In this document: in pieces, positions 9,933-19,115 of the stretch
Layout: the number at the start of each line of letters is the position of its first letter
Numbering within the stretch: position 1 is the stretch's first letter
NCBI GenBank assembly: GCA_037439545.1
Contig: JBBIVV010000015.1
Coordinates: 5,460-50,315, forward strand
Source of the DNA: a bacterium
GTDB lineage: Bacteria; JAMCPX01
Reading direction: 5' to 3'
DNA: 44,856 bases
Program-made: the position numbers and the translations under genes
Notes under the pieces: model-generated
Told to the model about the DNA's origin: nothing
What the model saw: only the letters and a program-made list of their open reading frames with translations
The model's database searches: none

Positions 9933-10486
9933 AAGGGACAAATATAAAATAAATGGAAGTGATATTTCAGATATACTATAATGATAACAGCCGCAAACCC
10001 GATCCATGCATTGTATTCTTCATGCTTCACCACAAGCTTGATATCGAAATCCTTTGATATTTTCACAGGCTTTAACAACGGGAAGAATGCCGGCACTTTT
10101 GATTTGTAATCAAGGAAAGAACCTCCGAATAGCTCTATAAGGTTTTTTTCTTCAGATTTAATGACACTTGAGTACACGATATAGAACCCTGATAGAAATA
10201 GCAGTATGAATATGATACAACTACCCATAATGGATACACCGAGTCCGATAAAAAAGCTGCCGAGATAAAGCGGATTTCTTGTGTATGAGTAAGGTCCTTC
10301 TGTCGACAACTCTTTATTCTTCCGTATGTATCCTGATGCCCATAACCTTATAAGTAAGCCAATGACGCCTACCGGTATGCCGACAAGCATGCCGATAATT
10401 TCCGGTTTCGCCATAACGATAAATAGTATGACAAAAACGAAACCGAGTTTTGTCCTGTAGTGCGATAACACTTCATTAATCTTCAT
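9929..10486 (-). CDS. Isoprenylcysteine carboxyl methyltransferase/PEMT-family membrane methyltransferase (LmtA-like)
   Basis: RLWASGY...LSTEGPYSYTRNPLYLGS...EEKNL..FG..F.DY...VP.FFP family signature. Confidence 0.85.
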   Translation of the reverse strand: MKINEVLSHYRTKLGFVFVILFIVMAKPEIIGMLVGIPVGVIGLLIRLWASGYIRKNKELSTEGPYSYTRNPLYLGSFFIGLGVSIMGSCIIFILLFLSGFYIVYSSVIKSEEKNLIELFGGSFLDYKSKVPAFFPLLKPVKISKDFDIKLVVKHEEYNAWIGFAAVIIIVYLKYHFHLFYICPL

Positions 10487-10777
10487 TATTTTTTATTATA
10501 TTATTTTATATACTGTGTCTACCTTTTGTTTGTGCGGTTTCAATTTTTAAATTTGTTGCAAAATAGGTCCTCTATGACTTATAAGTCTTATAATAAGGAC
10601 GAGCAAAAAAATGATTACCGGGATTTTTAATTATTTAGGGCTTTATGGATTCAGCATAAATGATCTTATGTTTTCAATAGGTGTATTCTTTTTGATTATA
10701 GCACTCACAAAATTATATACCAAAAAGAACGCCAAGCATTGAACATATAACGATATCTTTCCGTTATACTCATTTTC

Positions 10778-10793
10778 TGGCATGATGCCTGCA
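10778..10793 (+). promoter_or_regulatory. Sigma-54 (-24/-12) promoter candidate
   Basis: TGGCATG-ATGC-CTGCA with exact GG-N10-GC spacing, directly upstream of the response regulator; AT-rich upstream region. Confidence 0.6.
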
Positions 10794-10807
10794 TAGTTTT
10801 TTGAAGT

Positions 10808-11176
10808 ATGGTTATTATTGTTATCGATGATTGTGAGTTAATAAAGCTTTCTCTTTCGAAGATACTGCCTGAGTCTGCCGGAAGTGTAAAATATTATGAC
10901 AATCTTCCGGATGCACTAAAGGCATTGAAACCGGATGGAAGGACGGAAAACTATTTTTTTGTAGCCGACCTGGAACTCGTTGGTCCAAACGGTGTTGACG
11001 AGCTGATAAGACTGACTCCTGATAACCGTTCACATCTTGTGCTGCTTACATCAATGCCGTACGCATACGTAGAAAAAGAAGCAAAAAGGCCTGAAGTTCT
11101 AAAACTATTTACCAAACCTTTCAATCTCGTCGAACTTGCTGATATAATTACCCAGACAAACAGCAAATACACATAA
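10808..11176 (+). CDS. Single-domain response regulator (receiver only)
   Basis: VIDD, FVADLEL (phospho-Asp), NG, LLTS and KPF retained; no output domain. Confidence 0.8.
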   Translation: MVIIVIDDCELIKLSLSKILPESAGSVKYYDNLPDALKALKPDGRTENYFFVADLELVGPNGVDELIRLTPDNRSHLVLLTSMPYAYVEKEAKRPEVLKLFTKPFNLVELADIITQTNSKYT

Positions 11177-11182
11177 TTTAAC

Positions 11183-11578
11183 TTAACCCTTTTCATAAAA
11201 CTCTATAAGCACGCCATGTGTTGAAGATGGATGAACAAATAGTGCTTTATTGCCTTTGTATCCTATGCGGGGCTCTGCATCAATGAGCTTAACCCCCGAC
11301 ACCTCAAGGGATTTCATCAGGGTATTTATATTCTCTACCTCAAGGCATATATGGTGCAGCCCTTCTCCTCTTTTTTCAAGAAATTTTGCCACACCGCCGG
11401 TAGTATCGAGCGGCCTTACAAGCTCTATATGTGCATTATCAAGCTCCAGAACAGCAATTTCAACCGACTCGGCATCCACAACCTGCCTTGATTTGAGTCG
11501 TAAGCCGAACTTCTCCTGATAAGCAGAAACGGCATGGTCCAGATCCCGGACAACTATAGCAATATGATCAAGCTTCAT
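11183..11578 (-). CDS. mce: Methylmalonyl-CoA epimerase (VOC family)
   Basis: DHIAIVV, IELVRP, KFLEKRGEGLHHICLEV, FVHP..THGVLIE. Confidence 0.88.
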   Translation of the reverse strand: MKLDHIAIVVRDLDHAVSAYQEKFGLRLKSRQVVDAESVEIAVLELDNAHIELVRPLDTTGGVAKFLEKRGEGLHHICLEVENINTLMKSLEVSGVKLIDAEPRIGYKGNKALFVHPSSTHGVLIEFYEKG

Positions 11579-13295
11579 CTGCTAATTCCTTTGAATAAGA
11601 GTTTATTATCAAACTTTCTACTTCTTCAGCGGAGAAAAGTTTCAGTGCGGCATCCGCAAGCTCTTTCGCCTTTATACTGTCGATATGGGCTATAAAATGC
11701 CTCACTCTGTCAATAACGGATATATTCATACTCAACTCCTTAAATCCCATTCCTATCAATAGTGGCAGGTAAAGCGGTACGCTTGCCATCTCCCCGCATA
11801 CCTGTACAGGCAGATCGTGCTGTTTTGCCTGTTCTGCTATGAGCGAAAGTATCCTTAAAACAGCCGGATGCAGAGGCTGGTAAAGGTATAAAACATCCTC
11901 ATCTCCGCGATCTATTGCCATGATATACTGGATAAGATCATTCGTGCCGACACTTATAAAATCGACCTGTCCGGAGATACCGTCAATGATCATTGCTGCA
12001 GCAGGTGTTTCTATCAGGACACCGAGCTTTACACGGCCGATTGCATAATTCTGCGCCGTAAGATTTACCTTTTCTTCTTCTATTATTTTCTTTGCATCCT
12101 TAACCTCGCTCAGTGATGATACCATCGGGAGCAGAATGCGTATCTCACCGTAAACACTTGCTCGCAGCAAGGCCCTTATCTGTGCCCTGAAAACCGATTG
12201 TTCTCTTAAGCAAATCCTTATACCGCGTAAACCGAGTGCAGGATTCTCCGACTTTCTGTAAGTTGTCGAAAAAAGCTTGTCTCCGCCGATATCGAGTGTC
12301 CTTATTGTAATCGGCAGGTCCGGGAAAAGTTTTGCAATAGTCGAATAGTCTGTAAAGCTTGTTTCCTCAGCAGGCAGCTTCTCTTTTTGAGTATAAAGAT
12401 ATTCTGTCCTTACAAGCCCTATACCTTCTGCACCTGCATTCCGGGCATCTTTTGCCTCTTCGAGAAACTCTATATTGGCCATTATCTTTATAGAAACACC
12501 GTTTTTCGTACGTGCCTCATTTTTATCCTTGAATGCAGCTGCAAATCCTTTCCTCCTTGCCCGTGTCTTCTGGTATTTACTCACAATCTCAAGTTCCGGC
12601 TCGATTATTAAAATACCGTTATCCCCGTCAATTAAAAGGCTCTGACCATCTGCCACCTTCTCGGCAATGTTCTTAATGCTTGCGACAGCCGGTATGCCGA
12701 GCGAACGGGCTATAATGGCCGGATGAGATACCGGCCCGCCTGTTTCAAGAACAAGACCAATGATGTTGTCCTTCATAAGATACGGGGTGTTGGTCAATGC
12801 AAAATTTGACAATACAATGATCCCCGGCTCCTCAAGCTCAAAATCTACATCCTTTTCTGAAAGGTTCCTGAGTATTCTTTGCCCCTCGTGTGCAACATCG
12901 AACTTTCTGTCCTTCAGATATTCATCCTCTATTCTGTTAAAAGTCTTTTCTATCTCACCAAGCACCTCTGTCAATGCCCACTCCGTGTTTATCGCATTGT
13001 TCTTAATTCTATTGATTACTTTTTCAATAAAGGTCTTGTCTTCAAGGATCATGGTATGCATATCGAGTATGAGCAGTGCTTCTTTGCCTGAGATTGGATC
13101 GATCTTTTCCAAAAGAGTCTTTATTTCTACTTTTGACTTTTCTATAGATGCAAGAAACCTGTTTATCTCCGAGGGGATTCTGTCCGTCGTTATATGGTAG
13201 CGCAGGATATCGAATATACTGCTCATCGGTATAATGGCCCTGCCCATGGACCAGCCCGGGGAAATAGCTATACCTTTAAGGTAGGTCGTCATCAT
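11568..13295 (-). CDS. ptsI: PEP-protein phosphotransferase, enzyme I (no GAF domain)
   Basis: GGPVSH phospho-His, GIGLVRTE, RTLDIGGDK, ENPALGLRGIR, SVGTNDL, VCGE. Confidence 0.96.
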   Translation of the reverse strand: MMTTYLKGIAISPGWSMGRAIIPMSSIFDILRYHITTDRIPSEINRFLASIEKSKVEIKTLLEKIDPISGKEALLILDMHTMILEDKTFIEKVINRIKNNAINTEWALTEVLGEIEKTFNRIEDEYLKDRKFDVAHEGQRILRNLSEKDVDFELEEPGIIVLSNFALTNTPYLMKDNIIGLVLETGGPVSHPAIIARSLGIPAVASIKNIAEKVADGQSLLIDGDNGILIIEPELEIVSKYQKTRARRKGFAAAFKDKNEARTKNGVSIKIMANIEFLEEAKDARNAGAEGIGLVRTEYLYTQKEKLPAEETSFTDYSTIAKLFPDLPITIRTLDIGGDKLFSTTYRKSENPALGLRGIRICLREQSVFRAQIRALLRASVYGEIRILLPMVSSLSEVKDAKKIIEEEKVNLTAQNYAIGRVKLGVLIETPAAAMIIDGISGQVDFISVGTNDLIQYIMAIDRGDEDVLYLYQPLHPAVLRILSLIAEQAKQHDLPVQVCGEMASVPLYLPLLIGMGFKELSMNISVIDRVRHFIAHIDSIKAKELADAALKLFSAEEVESLIINSYSKELADEA

Positions 13296-13558
13296 TCTTC
13301 ACCGAATTTATTCTCTATCAATTGACGAAGGGCATCCAGGGCATTATCCTCATCCTTGCCATTTACTGTTATCGTAAATGCCGTGCCGTTTGCGGCAGCA
13401 AGTGTCAATAAACCGAGTATACTCTTGCCGTTTGCCCGCTCACCGTTTTTATAGACATAGATCTCGCATTCGTAGGCATTTGCTGTCTTTACAAACCGCG
13501 CAGCAGCCCTTGCGTGAAACCCGAGTTTATTGTTTATGACAAAACTGCCTTGTTTCAT
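13292..13558 (-). CDS. ptsH: Phosphocarrier protein HPr
   Basis: GFHARAA (His15) and GKSILGLL (Ser46). Confidence 0.97.
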   Translation of the reverse strand: MKQGSFVINNKLGFHARAAARFVKTANAYECEIYVYKNGERANGKSILGLLTLAAANGTAFTITVNGKDEDNALDALRQLIENKFGEE

Positions 13559-13962
13559 GGCTCCACTTTATTCAACACATCACCTGCAAGAATAATATTT
13601 TTCTTGCCGTATTCTTTTATCATATTTGCAAGCTCTTTTACCGGCATTTTCGTCTCCATTGATGCAAGTTTTATAAGCATGGGGAGGTTGACGCCTGCGA
13701 GTACCTCTACCTTCCCCTGATTGAGGAATGAAAGGCTTATGTTTGACGGTGTCCCGCCAAACATATCCGTCAGTATGATGACTCCCTCTCCGGCATCCAC
13801 TTTTTTAATGGCAGCCGATATTGCATCCCTCAACGCTTCTACGGGCTGCTGGGGATCCGTCATAACCGATATGAAATAATCTTTCTTGCCCACAATGAAT
13901 TCAGTCGTTGCGAGCAATTCGTTCGCAAATTGTCCATGAGCAACGATAACAATCCCAATCAT
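13555..13962 (-). CDS. PTS EIIA component, mannose family (stand-alone)
   Basis: IVIVAHG, LTDMFGGTPSN, GVNLPML. Confidence 0.93.
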   Translation of the reverse strand: MIGIVIVAHGQFANELLATTEFIVGKKDYFISVMTDPQQPVEALRDAISAAIKKVDAGEGVIILTDMFGGTPSNISLSFLNQGKVEVLAGVNLPMLIKLASMETKMPVKELANMIKEYGKKNIILAGDVLNKVEP

Positions 13963-13965
13963 TTT

Positions 13966-14841
13966 TTACTCCTTTTCAATGTCTCTGTGTTTTATAAGGG
14001 GTGTATACCCGAGGGCGCTTATGATCTGCTTTACCTCTTCCACGATTGCTACGGACCTGTGTCTCCCGCCTGTGCAACCGAATGATATGGTTAAATAACC
14101 CTTACCCTCTGCATAATAAAGCGGCACGGTAAACTCCACGAATGCCTTGATAATCTCCATAAACCTGATTGTTACATCATCGTTCCTGACAAAATCGATT
14201 ACCCCCTGATCCAGTCCTGTAAAATGCTTGAGCTCCGGTATAAAGTACGGGTTCTTCAAAAATCTTACATCGAACACAACATCGGAATCTGTTGGAACAC
14301 CGAACCTGTAACCGAAGGATTGGAGTATAATGGTCATTGTTTTGGCTTTTGAAGACTCGAGCACGAAGAGTTTCAATTCTCTCTTCAGATCGTGCACCGT
14401 AAAATCGGATGTATCTATAATGCGATCCGCCTGTGTCTTGATTTCTTCGAGATATTTTCTTTCAAGTACAAACCCTTCCTCTATGGACATGTCGTGTGCA
14501 AGCGGATGCTTCCTTCTTGTTTCGCTGTACCGTTTCAAAAGGACGCTGTTTTTGGAATCGAGAAAAATAATGGTAATCTTGTTTTTTGTTGCCCTCAGTG
14601 CATTCAATTCCTGAGATAACCCGGCGAGGAACCCCCTGCCGCGGACATCCACTGAAAATGCAAGGCTGTGTATGTCATCCTTTGAATCTGCAACCAGTTC
14701 GATAAACTTTTGTATGAGCTGGATCGGGATATTATCGATGCAGAAAAAGCCCATATCCTCAAGCACAGCCATAGCAGTTGTCTTGCCCGAACCGGACATG
14801 CCTGTAACAATAATTATGTTTAACGGCTGTTTGTTAATCAT
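13966..14841 (-). CDS. rapZ: RNase adapter/P-loop protein RapZ (YvcJ/YhbJ)
   Basis: TGMSGSGKT, DVRG, RYSETRRKHPL, SFGYRFG, FDVRFLKNPY, GCTGGRHRSV. Confidence 0.96.
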   Translation of the reverse strand: MINKQPLNIIIVTGMSGSGKTTAMAVLEDMGFFCIDNIPIQLIQKFIELVADSKDDIHSLAFSVDVRGRGFLAGLSQELNALRATKNKITIIFLDSKNSVLLKRYSETRRKHPLAHDMSIEEGFVLERKYLEEIKTQADRIIDTSDFTVHDLKRELKLFVLESSKAKTMTIILQSFGYRFGVPTDSDVVFDVRFLKNPYFIPELKHFTGLDQGVIDFVRNDDVTIRFMEIIKAFVEFTVPLYYAEGKGYLTISFGCTGGRHRSVAIVEEVKQIISALGYTPLIKHRDIEKE

Positions 14842-15409
14842 GAATGCCGCTTATCCTCTTTGAAATTCTCAGTTCCAGTTCCCTTGCCTCATCTATGCCG
14901 CGCTTTTTCAGGAGCAGGCTCGTTGCAGCTACTTCGACAAGTGAAGCCATGTTCCTCGCCGGTCTTACCGGAAGTTTAATGAGGGGCAGTTTTTTGCCCA
15001 GTATTTTATAGGTGTACGATTTTAAGAATCCTCTTACATAGCTTGACTTGTTCCATTCTATGAAATCAACAACCATATCTACCTGTTTTTCAGGACACAG
15101 CACATGCTTTCCAAAATGCGATTGGACCTTTATCACACCGAGACCATGGAGTTCGAGATAACCGGTTATAAGCGGATCGGACTTACCTATCAGTCTGCCC
15201 CGATCCATGGTTACGATAACCAGATCATCCGCAACAAAATGGTGGCCTCTGATAATAAGTTCAAGGGCACATTCGCTCTTGCCTATACCACTCTTCCCTA
15301 TTATCAGAACGCCCACATTTTTTACGGATACAAGCACACCATGTATGCGTTCTGAACCTTTATGTCTATCTGTACCTGGCACCTGTTTCAATGAGCCCGT
15401 AATGGCCAT
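14834..15409 (-). CDS. hprK: HPr kinase/phosphorylase, catalytic domain only
   Basis: IHGVLV, Walker A GKSGIGKSE, ADD, LELHGLG, LPVRPARN. The N-terminal domain is absent. Start uncertain; it overlaps the end of hpf. Confidence 0.85.
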   Translation of the reverse strand: MAITGSLKQVPGTDRHKGSERIHGVLVSVKNVGVLIIGKSGIGKSECALELIIRGHHFVADDLVIVTMDRGRLIGKSDPLITGYLELHGLGVIKVQSHFGKHVLCPEKQVDMVVDFIEWNKSSYVRGFLKSYTYKILGKKLPLIKLPVRPARNMASLVEVAATSLLLKKRGIDEARELELRISKRISGIHD

Positions 15410-15905
15410 CGCCCCTCTTGAATACGACGTTAATCTTTTCGTCTCCGGCATCGAGGTAAACGATGAATGGATTTTCCGACAGATCGAGCTGCAATACTGC
15501 CTCCTCTGTCGTCATGGGTCTTACAAAGTAATTCTGCTCCGGGATTACCATGATTTCATCTTCGTCCTTATCTTCCGCAGTTTCAAGTTGCGATGTATGT
15601 TTGATAGAAGTTATACCGGTATGTTTCTTCTTTTTTTCCTTAAACTTCGTGAGCTGTTTGTCCAGTTTATCGTATATAAGATCAATGGCTGCATACATAT
15701 CCAGCCCCTGCTCTTTTGCATAGAGTTCTTTGCCTGCCGACGTCAGCGTTAATTCTACTGTGGTTGTCTTTTTTTCCTGCGTAAAGATAATGTGTACCTC
15801 GACAGGTTCTTTCAATGATTTTATCAATTTTGTGATCTTCTCTTCTGCGTATTGTTTTAAAGCACTTGATGAAGGTATATGCCTGAAGGTTATCTGAATG
15901 TTCAT
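15366..15905 (-). CDS. hpf: Long-form ribosome hibernation promoting factor
   Basis: MNIQITFRH, DMYAAID..DKL.KQL, C-terminal PMTTEEAVLQL...NVVFKRGDG.YGLIE; SD AGGAGG. Confidence 0.95.
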   Translation of the reverse strand: MNIQITFRHIPSSSALKQYAEEKITKLIKSLKEPVEVHIIFTQEKKTTTVELTLTSAGKELYAKEQGLDMYAAIDLIYDKLDKQLTKFKEKKKKHTGITSIKHTSQLETAEDKDEDEIMVIPEQNYFVRPMTTEEAVLQLDLSENPFIVYLDAGDEKINVVFKRGDGHYGLIETGARYR

Positions 15906-16052
15906 TTAGCGCCTCCTGTATTTTTTATTCTCTTATTAAGATAGGTTATAGTTTAGATAAATTCAACTGTTTTATTTTTATATTTCTGCTTTATGGTCAT
16001 TTTCTCGCGGTGTTGACAAAACCATTCATTTCCGGCTACCATGCCTCGTGTT

Positions 16053-16916
<864 letters not shown>

Positions 16917-16917
16917 T

Positions 16918-19107
16918 ATGTCAGAATTTTTTATAGAAATCGGCATTGAAGAGGTACCTGTTGCTGAGATTAAACCTGCATCAGAATACCTGGCACACAA
17001 CATAAAGCACATGCTTGAATCGGAACATATAACCTTTACGATGATAAAAACATATTTTACACCAAGACGCCTCGCGTTGTGTGTTGAAGGGCTTTCTGAT
17101 AAGGGGGAACCTTCTCTTACGACTTATACAGGACCGAGAAAAGAGGCTGCTTTCGATAAAGACGGCGCACCGACGCAGGCGGCAATCGGATTCGCACGGT
17201 CAAAAGGCATGGATGTCAAATTATTAAAAACCGTCAAGCTCGATAAAGGCGAGTTTATACAGGTGGAGATCAAAAAGCCGGGCATACAGACCAAATCACT
17301 TATAAATCAGAACCTCGAAAAGCTTATTCTTGGTGTGCCGTTCAGAAAATCTATGAGATGGGATAGCGAAAGCATAAGTTTTATCAGGCCGATACGATGG
17401 CTGGCTGTTCTGTACAACGGCAAGGTAATCCCGGTTTCGATAGGCATGGTAAAGGCCTCGTCATATACCTACGGGCTGAGGACCGGCAGCGGAAAAAAGA
17501 TAAAGATTACTAAAGCCAAATCCCCCCTCCCCCCCTTTACAAAAGGGGGGACAGGGGGGATTTATTGCCTTAATGCATGGCTCATGGCAATGAAAAAAGA
17601 AAGGATCCTTCCGGAGTTTGAAGAGAGAAGAAATAAAATCAAAGAGCAGGCGGATGTATTGGCAAAAAAGGCAGGGGGACAGGCAGTACCCGATGTCGGG
17701 CTGCTTGAAACCATTACCAACCTTGTCGAATCTCCAACAGCTATCAGAGGGAGTTTTGACAAGCGGTTTATGAACCTGCCAGAAGAGGTCATTATGAGTG
17801 TTATGAAGACCCATCAGAAATATATACCTATTATGGAAAAAGTACCCGGCAGTGATATGGGCCTTGGGGAGCTCATGCCTTATTTCATCGGGATAAGCAA
17901 TAACCCTTACGGCGATAAAAAAATAATAAGAAAAGGATACGAGAGGGTATTACATGCAAGACTCGAGGATGCGGAATTTTATTATCATCAGGACATAAAA
18001 CAGCCTCTTGAATCATACATCGAGTTATTGAAAGGCATGATGTTTTATCCGAAACTCGGCAGTCTTTACGATAAGACAGAGCGTATAGTGACGATTTCTT
18101 CATACCTATGTGACAATACTAAGATCCATGATAGATTATTCGATCAAAAAACAAAAGATATAGCCATTAAAGCTTCTAGCCTTTGCAAGGCTGACCTTGC
18201 AACAAGGCTTGTTTCGGAATTCCCGGAACTACAGGGTATTATAGGACATCATTATATATTGCTGAAAGACCCATCAGCCACAGAAACAGCACGTGCTGTT
18301 ACCGAGCAGTACAGCCAGCCTACAAGAATACCCGGCGCTGTTGTCTATATTGCAGATAAGATAGACTCGCTTGTGGGTTTCGGCAGCATAAACGAAATCC
18401 CTACAGGCAACCAGGATCCTTATGGATTAAGGAGGGCTGCAATTGGTATCATCAATGCTATATTAAACAATGATCTGGAATTGGATATAAAAAAACTCAT
18501 CGAATTCACCTTAGATCGCAGTCCCAATAAATCGATTCTATCCGATAAAGTCGCTTTAGATAAGCAATGGGTATTATCCTATATCTATGGCCGGCTTGAA
18601 GGTATACTACATGATCGGTTCTATATAGATGAGTCTCTTGCAGCAATGTTAGATAAAAAGGGTAACCCAATTGATAAATTAATTGATGCAGTAATTGCAA
18701 CGGAACCAGAGAATATAATAGATGCTACTTTAAGAATCGATGAATTAAAGGACATTGTGTTCACGCCGGATTTTGAACCCATTTTTCTTGCTTTTAAGAG
18801 GGTTATAAATATCTCAAAGAACCGTAATCCCGGTGAAATTATATCCATGTTGCTAGCCGAACCATCTGAATTAGCTTTATATGACAGATACTTAGAAGTA
18901 GAGCCAGCAATTAAATCAGCACTTGCAAATAGGGATTACACAGGGTATATAGGTTGGATTCAAAAACTGGTAGAACCAATAAATACCTTTTTTGATAAGG
19001 TGCTTGTAATGAGCGATGATGAAAGCATAAAAAATAACAGATTAAATCTGCTTGCAAAAATCAAAAACCTTGTTATGCAGATTTTAGATATATCAAAATT
19101 ATTATAG
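16918..19107 (+). CDS. glyS: Glycyl-tRNA synthetase beta subunit (contains an in-frame palindromic insertion)
   Basis: EIGIEEVP, TPRRLAL, KSMRW, FIRPIRW, LCKADL...EFPELQG, DPYGLRR, FFDKVLVM...NRLNLL. Confidence 0.96.
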   Translation: MSEFFIEIGIEEVPVAEIKPASEYLAHNIKHMLESEHITFTMIKTYFTPRRLALCVEGLSDKGEPSLTTYTGPRKEAAFDKDGAPTQAAIGFARSKGMDVKLLKTVKLDKGEFIQVEIKKPGIQTKSLINQNLEKLILGVPFRKSMRWDSESISFIRPIRWLAVLYNGKVIPVSIGMVKASSYTYGLRTGSGKKIKITKAKSPLPPFTKGGTGGIYCLNAWLMAMKKERILPEFEERRNKIKEQADVLAKKAGGQAVPDVGLLETITNLVESPTAIRGSFDKRFMNLPEEVIMSVMKTHQKYIPIMEKVPGSDMGLGELMPYFIGISNNPYGDKKIIRKGYERVLHARLEDAEFYYHQDIKQPLESYIELLKGMMFYPKLGSLYDKTERIVTISSYLCDNTKIHDRLFDQKTKDIAIKASSLCKADLATRLVSEFPELQGIIGHHYILLKDPSATETARAVTEQYSQPTRIPGAVVYIADKIDSLVGFGSINEIPTGNQDPYGLRRAAIGIINAILNNDLELDIKKLIEFTLDRSPNKSILSDKVALDKQWVLSYIYGRLEGILHDRFYIDESLAAMLDKKGNPIDKLIDAVIATEPENIIDATLRIDELKDIVFTPDFEPIFLAFKRVINISKNRNPGEIISMLLAEPSELALYDRYLEVEPAIKSALANRDYTGYIGWIQKLVEPINTFFDKVLVMSDDESIKNNRLNLLAKIKNLVMQILDISKLL
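17518..17563. repeat. 46-bp C/G-run palindrome inserted in-frame in glyS
   Basis: AAATCCCCCCT-CCCCCCCTTT-AC-AAAAGGGGGG-AC-AGGGGGGATTT; the 11-bp outer arms are perfect complements; encodes KSPLPPFTKGGTGGI. Confidence 0.85.
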
Positions 19108-19115
19108 GGGGTTTT

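Noticed and set aside
15906..16052. T-box leader for glyQS (or for leuS)
   Set aside because: No T-box consensus; the promoter lies immediately before the start codon.
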